Source of the DNA: a virus
Lineage: Duplodnaviria; Caudoviricetes
Strand: one strand, 5' to 3'
Length of the DNA stretch: 64,000 nt
IMG/VR virus record: IMGVR_UViG_3300009151_000001
Location: 1 to 64,000 of that record
The notes under the pieces are model-generated. The model was given only the letters and a program-made list of their open reading frames with translations, made no database searches and had not been told where the DNA came from. A program made the position numbers and the translations under genes. Below, in pieces: positions 59,369 through 64,000 of this stretch. Within the stretch, counting starts at the first letter, position 1. The number at the start of each line of letters is the position of its first letter.

Positions 59369-59999
59369 TACTATAATTTTGATGATATTTTGATTCTTGT
59401 ACACCAGTTTGACCGTGGTATTTACTACCTGCTTTTTGATCATAGGATTCTTCTATTTCTCCCTCCACTCTAGCAAACTCTAACTGACATATTTTCATGT
59501 TAGGATATACTAATATAGGACGTGTAGCAACAAGTTCTAACACTAAGCTTCCTTCGAATCCTGGATCTATAAAACCAGCAGTTATATGTATAAACAATCC
59601 AAGTCTACCTAAAGAAGATTTACCTTCAACCTTAGCTCTTATATTACCTTTTACACCGATACGTTCGTTTACAGCATAAAGATAAACATCTCCCGGCATA
59701 AGAACACATCCATAATCTGGAATAGTAAATTCTTCTACTTCATTAGGTTTGCGTGGATCCAATGGTTCAGTGTAAACATACATACCATGACTATCTATAA
59801 AATATAGTTCTTCTTTATCTAATATATATTGAGGAACTTGATCTTTAAATACTTTTTTTACAGGCGTTTTATATATCTTAAAACTAGGCGCCAGCGTAAG
59901 ATCAACACTAACTGGATTCAAATACTTTTCTTCAAAAGGAGCTATAATAACTTTACCTTTTAATAACTCATCTTTAATTACTTTGTCTGATAATATCAT
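59343..59999 (-). CDS. dcd: dCTP deaminase
   Basis: MILSD, LNPVSVDLTL, EGKSSLGRLGL.IH.TAGFIDPGFEG.L.LE, ICQL and KYHGQ. Confidence 0.92.
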   Translation of the reverse strand: MILSDKVIKDELLKGKVIIAPFEEKYLNPVSVDLTLAPSFKIYKTPVKKVFKDQVPQYILDKEELYFIDSHGMYVYTEPLDPRKPNEVEEFTIPDYGCVLMPGDVYLYAVNERIGVKGNIRAKVEGKSSLGRLGLFIHITAGFIDPGFEGSLVLELVATRPILVYPNMKICQLEFARVEGEIEESYDQKAGSKYHGQTGVQESKYHQNYSSESGKSVY

Positions 60000-60274
60000 A
60001 ATGGTATATTTTTTAATGTTTTTTCTATTAACTCTTTATCTCCTGGTTTTAAAGCCGACATTCTTAATGCTATATCTTTCTTTAAAACAGAAGAATATAT
60101 TTGTGTTTTTCTTACACATCTTTTTTGTACATCTGCTGGTGGTATACCCAATCTATTACCAGCTTTGTTAAAGTTCTCATACACACCTATAAGTTTAGAA
60201 TCCCCCTGTAAAAGAGGATCATAAACTTTAACACATGTATCAGAACACACATCATTTCTTAAAGCTAAACTCAT
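59996..60274 (-). CDS. Small NUMOD1/HTH-like DNA-binding protein
   Basis: VKVYD...LIGVYENFNKAGNRLGI resembles NUMOD1. Confidence 0.45.
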   Translation of the reverse strand: MSLALRNDVCSDTCVKVYDPLLQGDSKLIGVYENFNKAGNRLGIPPADVQKRCVRKTQIYSSVLKKDIALRMSALKPGDKELIEKTLKNIPL

Positions 60275-60275
60275 T

Positions 60276-60560
60276 CTATAAATTTAAATTATTTAATTTT
60301 TTAAAATTATCAACTTGATGTTTAGCTTGTTTTAAATCAAGTCCTGTAAAATCCTTGTGTTCTTTTACAGATTGTAGATACTCTTCATTGATTATATGGT
60401 GAATAGTTTTTCCAGATAAGTTATCTGGATTTTTATATTCAACATAAAAATACGTGCTCATTCTTTTATCTATAGTGGCTTTAAATATTTCTAATTCTTC
60501 TTTAGAAGCTTTAGTTGCTAGATATATGTTTACAGTAGCTGTATGTTTTGTTAAGCCCAT
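60276..60560 (-). CDS. Protein with ribosomal L7/L12 C-terminal-like motif
   Basis: LQSVKEHKDFTGLDLKQAKHQVD compared with the L7/L12 consensus VIK.VR..TGLGLKEAK.LVE. Confidence 0.55.
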   Translation of the reverse strand: MGLTKHTATVNIYLATKASKEELEIFKATIDKRMSTYFYVEYKNPDNLSGKTIHHIINEEYLQSVKEHKDFTGLDLKQAKHQVDNFKKLNNLNL

Positions 60561-61177
60561 TATAATAACTTTATTTGTTTTAATATTTCTTTTACTGTTA
60601 ATTCAAGACTAGTTATATCAGAAACATTAGCTATCTTAAAATCAAACTCCCAATCATCTAAGGCTACTTCGCTAGGATGACTATTTATTGGTTTATATCC
60701 CGGACGATCAACACGAATAATAACACCTCCTTTATCTTTAATAGCTTTAGCTTCATTAGGAAATCTAACATCTGTTATCACCCATTTACTAGGGTGATGT
60801 TCAGACATCTTTGGTGATTTATAATCCGCGAATAAAGCGTTCACCCATATATTATCGTGTAAACAGTTTCTCATAGCGTCTGTACCAAGAAGCTGTAAAA
60901 ACATCCTTACAGTCATTGATTTAGAAATGTCTTCTCTGTCTATACCTTTTGGTAGCCACTTTTTTTCTATAACTTTAGTATTCCATTCAGGTCCTAAATC
61001 AGTTTTTTTAAACTCTTGATCTTCAAACATTTCTACGGGAATACCTGTTAGGATAGAAGCTATGAGTTTTAACTTACCCGCAAACATTTTCATTTCCCAG
61101 GTATGATCTAATTCCCATATAATCTTTCCTATTGTACTTTTACCAGAACCACTATATCCTGAAACTCCGATTATCAT
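60560..61177 (-). CDS. Deoxynucleoside monophosphate kinase (T4 gp1-like)
   Basis: IIGVSGYSGSGKST, FAGKLK, R.FLQLLGTD..R, W, ITDVRFPNE and H.SE. Confidence 0.88.
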   Translation of the reverse strand: MIIGVSGYSGSGKSTIGKIIWELDHTWEMKMFAGKLKLIASILTGIPVEMFEDQEFKKTDLGPEWNTKVIEKKWLPKGIDREDISKSMTVRMFLQLLGTDAMRNCLHDNIWVNALFADYKSPKMSEHHPSKWVITDVRFPNEAKAIKDKGGVIIRVDRPGYKPINSHPSEVALDDWEFDFKIANVSDITSLELTVKEILKQIKLL

Positions 61178-61178
61178 T

Positions 61179-61520
61179 TTATTTATATTTATTATTAATA
61201 AATGTTTGAATCATGTCCACTACTTCTTCTACATCATCTGGTGGAACTCTAAATACTTCTTCAGTAATCAACATCAAATATACAAGATCTGCTCTATCTA
61301 AATACTTTTTTACTGTTAATACTGACTTACTATCTGGCATTAAGCTACAGACTTCGTTTACAGCTAATTGAGCTGCTTTTAGAGCTTTACCTAATATATA
61401 TTTTTGTTGTTTACTAGTTAAAGATTTACTAGCTTCAATTCTTATTTCTATACACTTTAGATGTTGTAAAACACAAGCAAATAAATCAGATATACTATTT
61501 TCACTTAGTTGATCATCCAT
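61179..61520 (-). CDS. Hypothetical helical protein
   Basis: 113-aa ORF tightly packed in the operon. Confidence 0.55.
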   Translation of the reverse strand: MDDQLSENSISDLFACVLQHLKCIEIRIEASKSLTSKQQKYILGKALKAAQLAVNEVCSLMPDSKSVLTVKKYLDRADLVYLMLITEEVFRVPPDDVEEVVDMIQTFINNKYK

Positions 61521-61530
61521 AAATAAATTT

Positions 61531-61560
61531 AAAAAATTAGGGAGATTATTCTCCCTAATT
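61531..61560 (-). terminator. Rho-independent terminator/attenuator within the minus-strand operon
   Basis: On the + strand this is an 11-bp stem AATTAGGGAGA/TTAT/TCTCCCTAATT. The A-run at 61531 gives a U-tail on the minus strand. Confidence 0.7.
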
Positions 61561-61563
61561 ACA

Positions 61564-62337
61564 TTACAAAAATATTACACCCATATTAGGTTGTTCAAAC
61601 TCTTTCATTATTTCTATTACATCAATAACCTCACGATGTGTCACTGGTGACACCGGAACATTTATACCATTGTTTGATATAGTTGGTCTAAAATAATTTT
61701 TTAAATAATTATATAATACCAACCGATCATCAATGTATGAATAAGGATGTGACTCATCTAAAACGTCTGTCAACTTTTCAAACAACTCTAACACAGTTTT
61801 TGGAACGGATAAATCTAATTGTTTTTTTAATATACCAACTTGTGTTAGATTTAATATGTTTTCTATAAACAACAACTGACCTATAATACTTGATGTAGTT
61901 AGTTTATCAATAGGCATATTTATAAATGAGTCTATTGTTTCATCAATTTTTGATATATCTGATACAGTGTTTAATTGTGATTGTACAGATGCATCTATAT
62001 CACTGATAGTTAACCCTGTTCTCATTTTACAGATATTAGGTGTTCTGTTAATGATTATTTTATCCATATAACTTTTACCTAACACACATCTAAATCCAAA
62101 CGAGTTAACATAAGAATTAACCCATATTAATATATGACCTGATGTTGTATAATGAATACCTTGAACTACATCTTTAGTTGGAGTCATTCTATAATGTTCA
62201 AAAGAAATAGTATATCCATTTTTTGATAATGAGTCTTTTACACTATTTTTTACATCATTGTGTGATGTAAACCCATTTTTAGCAGGGCCACTATTTATAA
62301 TAGCTTCTTCTATTACATATCCTACTTTAAGAGGCAT
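61564..62337 (-). CDS. Hypothetical protein, possibly DUF932/DUF945-like
   Basis: 257 aa with an SH..V...V...L...GY.I...Y and W.NSY...F pattern, next to PolB. Confidence 0.4.
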   Translation of the reverse strand: MPLKVGYVIEEAIINSGPAKNGFTSHNDVKNSVKDSLSKNGYTISFEHYRMTPTKDVVQGIHYTTSGHILIWVNSYVNSFGFRCVLGKSYMDKIIINRTPNICKMRTGLTISDIDASVQSQLNTVSDISKIDETIDSFINMPIDKLTTSSIIGQLLFIENILNLTQVGILKKQLDLSVPKTVLELFEKLTDVLDESHPYSYIDDRLVLYNYLKNYFRPTISNNGINVPVSPVTHREVIDVIEIMKEFEQPNMGVIFL

Positions 62338-62349
62338 AATCTATAATTT

Positions 62350-64000
62350 TTAAAATAATGATAATTGTTTAACGTTTCTGTTTTTTACCTTTTCTATCTG
62401 ATTGATTTCTTTATAAATAGCTTCTAGATAATAACTAAAATTAATGTCATAAGATTCAAACGGTTTATTAATATCTATCTCATTAGCTACTATTTGTCTC
62501 CATACACCAGCTTCTACTTGTAACTCTCTTCCGTCAGTATGACATTTTATAAGCTTAGTACCGCGATTAGATACATAATACCTAACAATCTTTTTAAGCT
62601 TTGTTACTTGTTGTTGATTATTAACAAAGTCTCTACCTTCATAATGCCATCCAGATTTAGCTTTTACACCTCCACAATAATCAAAAATGTTAGTGTTAGT
62701 TGCTAAGAAGTCTTCATGTTTTACACCATTAACAAAATACGCGTGGATAGCTTTAGGAATAATCAAGAAAGATTTATTCTTGTGTAACGTAGCTGTTTTC
62801 TTTTTATCAAGATCTTCCCACTCAAATCTACCTTTACATTTTACTTTACCTTTCTTATTTACCGCAATATAATTATTTACATCACCGATAACCATTTTGG
62901 TATATTCATCATGTTCAAGTTGAAGTTTAGTAAGTAGTTCCCATTGATGACATACTGACATATAAGTAGAAACCGCTGTAACAGGAATCATCATCTCTAA
63001 ACCATCTGTATTCTGCATAAGAGGTGCAGCATCAGGTATAGCTTCACACAACATCTCGTACAACATACTTAACAGTAGTTGTCCATTAATAGTGATTTGC
63101 ATGGTCATCTTAGGATCATAAAGAAAACTATTTTCATCACCAGATAAACCATATGTACTATTAAGAATAATCTTATACACGTAGTTTCTAGGATCTGTTT
63201 TAGGAATCTTCACTCTCTCATTAAAAAACCACTCATACTGTTCACAGAATTCTTTTTGAGGAAGATGTCCCGGATGAAAACCGTTACGAATAGCTAGATT
63301 AGGATAATAACTTGTAACATCTGAAGTCATAATAACCCATCCAGGTTTAGCTTCATACACACCCATATCTGCAGCTCCATGGATACCACCAAGTCCATAA
63401 TCAGTTTTAACTCCTCTATTTATAAGAGAATATTTAAACCCATCTTTAGTAGATGTAATAACTGTTTTTTTAAAAAAGTCGTGTAGCTTTTGAAACTCTA
63501 GAGTTTTAAACTTAACATAAGGAAGAATACAATCAGCTAACACTATATAACTACGCGGAGTACGCATGTCTTTTATAACACTTTTATCAAGTCCTGTCTT
63601 CTTAGAAAGAAAGAACATAAATAACTCTTTAGATATACGGGGTTCAGAAGCTGAATATAGATCTACACCGTATTCTGTAGTAAGAAGTGTTCTTAAACTT
63701 AGTTGTTCTTTTGATAAGTGTAAAATTTGTTTAGTACTCTTTACATCATTGACACAATAATCAACAATCATAGCTAGAGTCTTTTGATCGGGTACCGGTT
63801 CATAATGCGGATGAGGCATCTCTTCTACATTATACCAGTCCATAGAATACTGTATCCATTTAAGACTAGACATCTTGGCTTTATTATCCCAATGGTTCAT
63901 CTTAAAAAGATCAATACACTTAATCTTAAATTGTCTAGGACTAAACTCAGCAAATTCAGATCTGTTTTTACGATCTATAACATCTTGAGCGTGTTTATAT
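62350..64000 (-). CDS. polB: Family B DNA polymerase (crAss-type), 5' end outside window
   Basis: SDVTSYYPN, KIILNSTYG, QNTDG and exonuclease III YCVNDV. The frame stays open to the window end (...IDLFKMNHWDN). Confidence 0.92.
   Translation of the reverse strand, partial: YKHAQDVIDRKNRSEFAEFSPRQFKIKCIDLFKMNHWDNKAKMSSLKWIQYSMDWYNVEEMPHPHYEPVPDQKTLAMIVDYCVNDVKSTKQILHLSKEQLSLRTLLTTEYGVDLYSASEPRISKELFMFFLSKKTGLDKSVIKDMRTPRSYIVLADCILPYVKFKTLEFQKLHDFFKKTVITSTKDGFKYSLINRGVKTDYGLGGIHGAADMGVYEAKPGWVIMTSDVTSYYPNLAIRNGFHPGHLPQKEFCEQYEWFFNERVKIPKTDPRNYVYKIILNSTYGLSGDENSFLYDPKMTMQITINGQLLLSMLYEMLCEAIPDAAPLMQNTDGLEMMIPVTAVSTYMSVCHQWELLTKLQLEHDEYTKMVIGDVNNYIAVNKKGKVKCKGRFEWEDLDKKKTATLHKNKSFLIIPKAIHAYFVNGVKHEDFLATNTNIFDYCGGVKAKSGWHYEGRDFVNNQQQVTKLKKIVRYYVSNRGTKLIKCHTDGRELQVEAGVWRQIVANEIDINKPFESYDINFSYYLEAIYKEINQIEKVKNRNVKQLSLF

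Noticed and set aside
59369-59443. ORF-track start of the 83-aa ORF
   Set aside because: It overlaps the conserved dcd C-terminus by about 100 nt, so the GTG at 59368 is more plausible.
1-64000. Stop-codon reassignment (TAG/TGA), as in some crAss-like phages
   Set aside because: Genes up to 8 kb are uninterrupted in the standard code, and TGA (690) and TAG (58081, 60276) act as real stops.
1-64000. tRNA/rRNA genes, integrase, transposons
   Set aside because: Intergenic spaces are short, no cloverleaf or T-loop signature was seen, and there are no recombinase or transposase motifs.

Overview
This is an AT-rich segment of a crAss-like (Crassvirales-type) podophage genome. The host is probably in Bacteroidota: starts have A/T-rich leaders, no Shine-Dalgarno sites and frequent TAATG coupling. 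It reads in the standard genetic code. The plus strand (1-58067) is the late/virion module: small basic proteins, ring proteins, a Dps/ferritin-like gene, an auxiliary capsid-type protein, Cys-rich hub/fibre genes, an FN3 paralog triplet, a metallophosphoesterase, an IHF-like gene, the muzzle/tail-stabilization protein, GG-motif-rich cargo proteins (L,D-transpeptidase-like and lysozyme-like domains) and three giant ejected proteins (zincin; virion RNA polymerase with DFDID; PD-(D/E)xK nuclease). The minus strand (58081-64000) is the end of the replication module: family-B DNA polymerase, dNMP kinase, dCTP deaminase, an L7/L12-like protein, and a cREC receiver gene split in frame by an HNH endonuclease. 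The most notable observations are: (1) terminal cysteines at both junctions between the three nearly Cys-free giant proteins, suggesting a head-to-tail linked ejection chain; (2) about 20 hydrophobic-x-x-Gly-Gly motifs delimiting micro-modules in the cargo proteins; (3) an in-frame HNH insertion with no splicing element; (4) a 57-nt repeated promoter/operator element and a candidate antisense sRNA; (5) a GATC-free fibre cassette. All family calls come from motif recognition by eye and all counts are manual. No searches were run.
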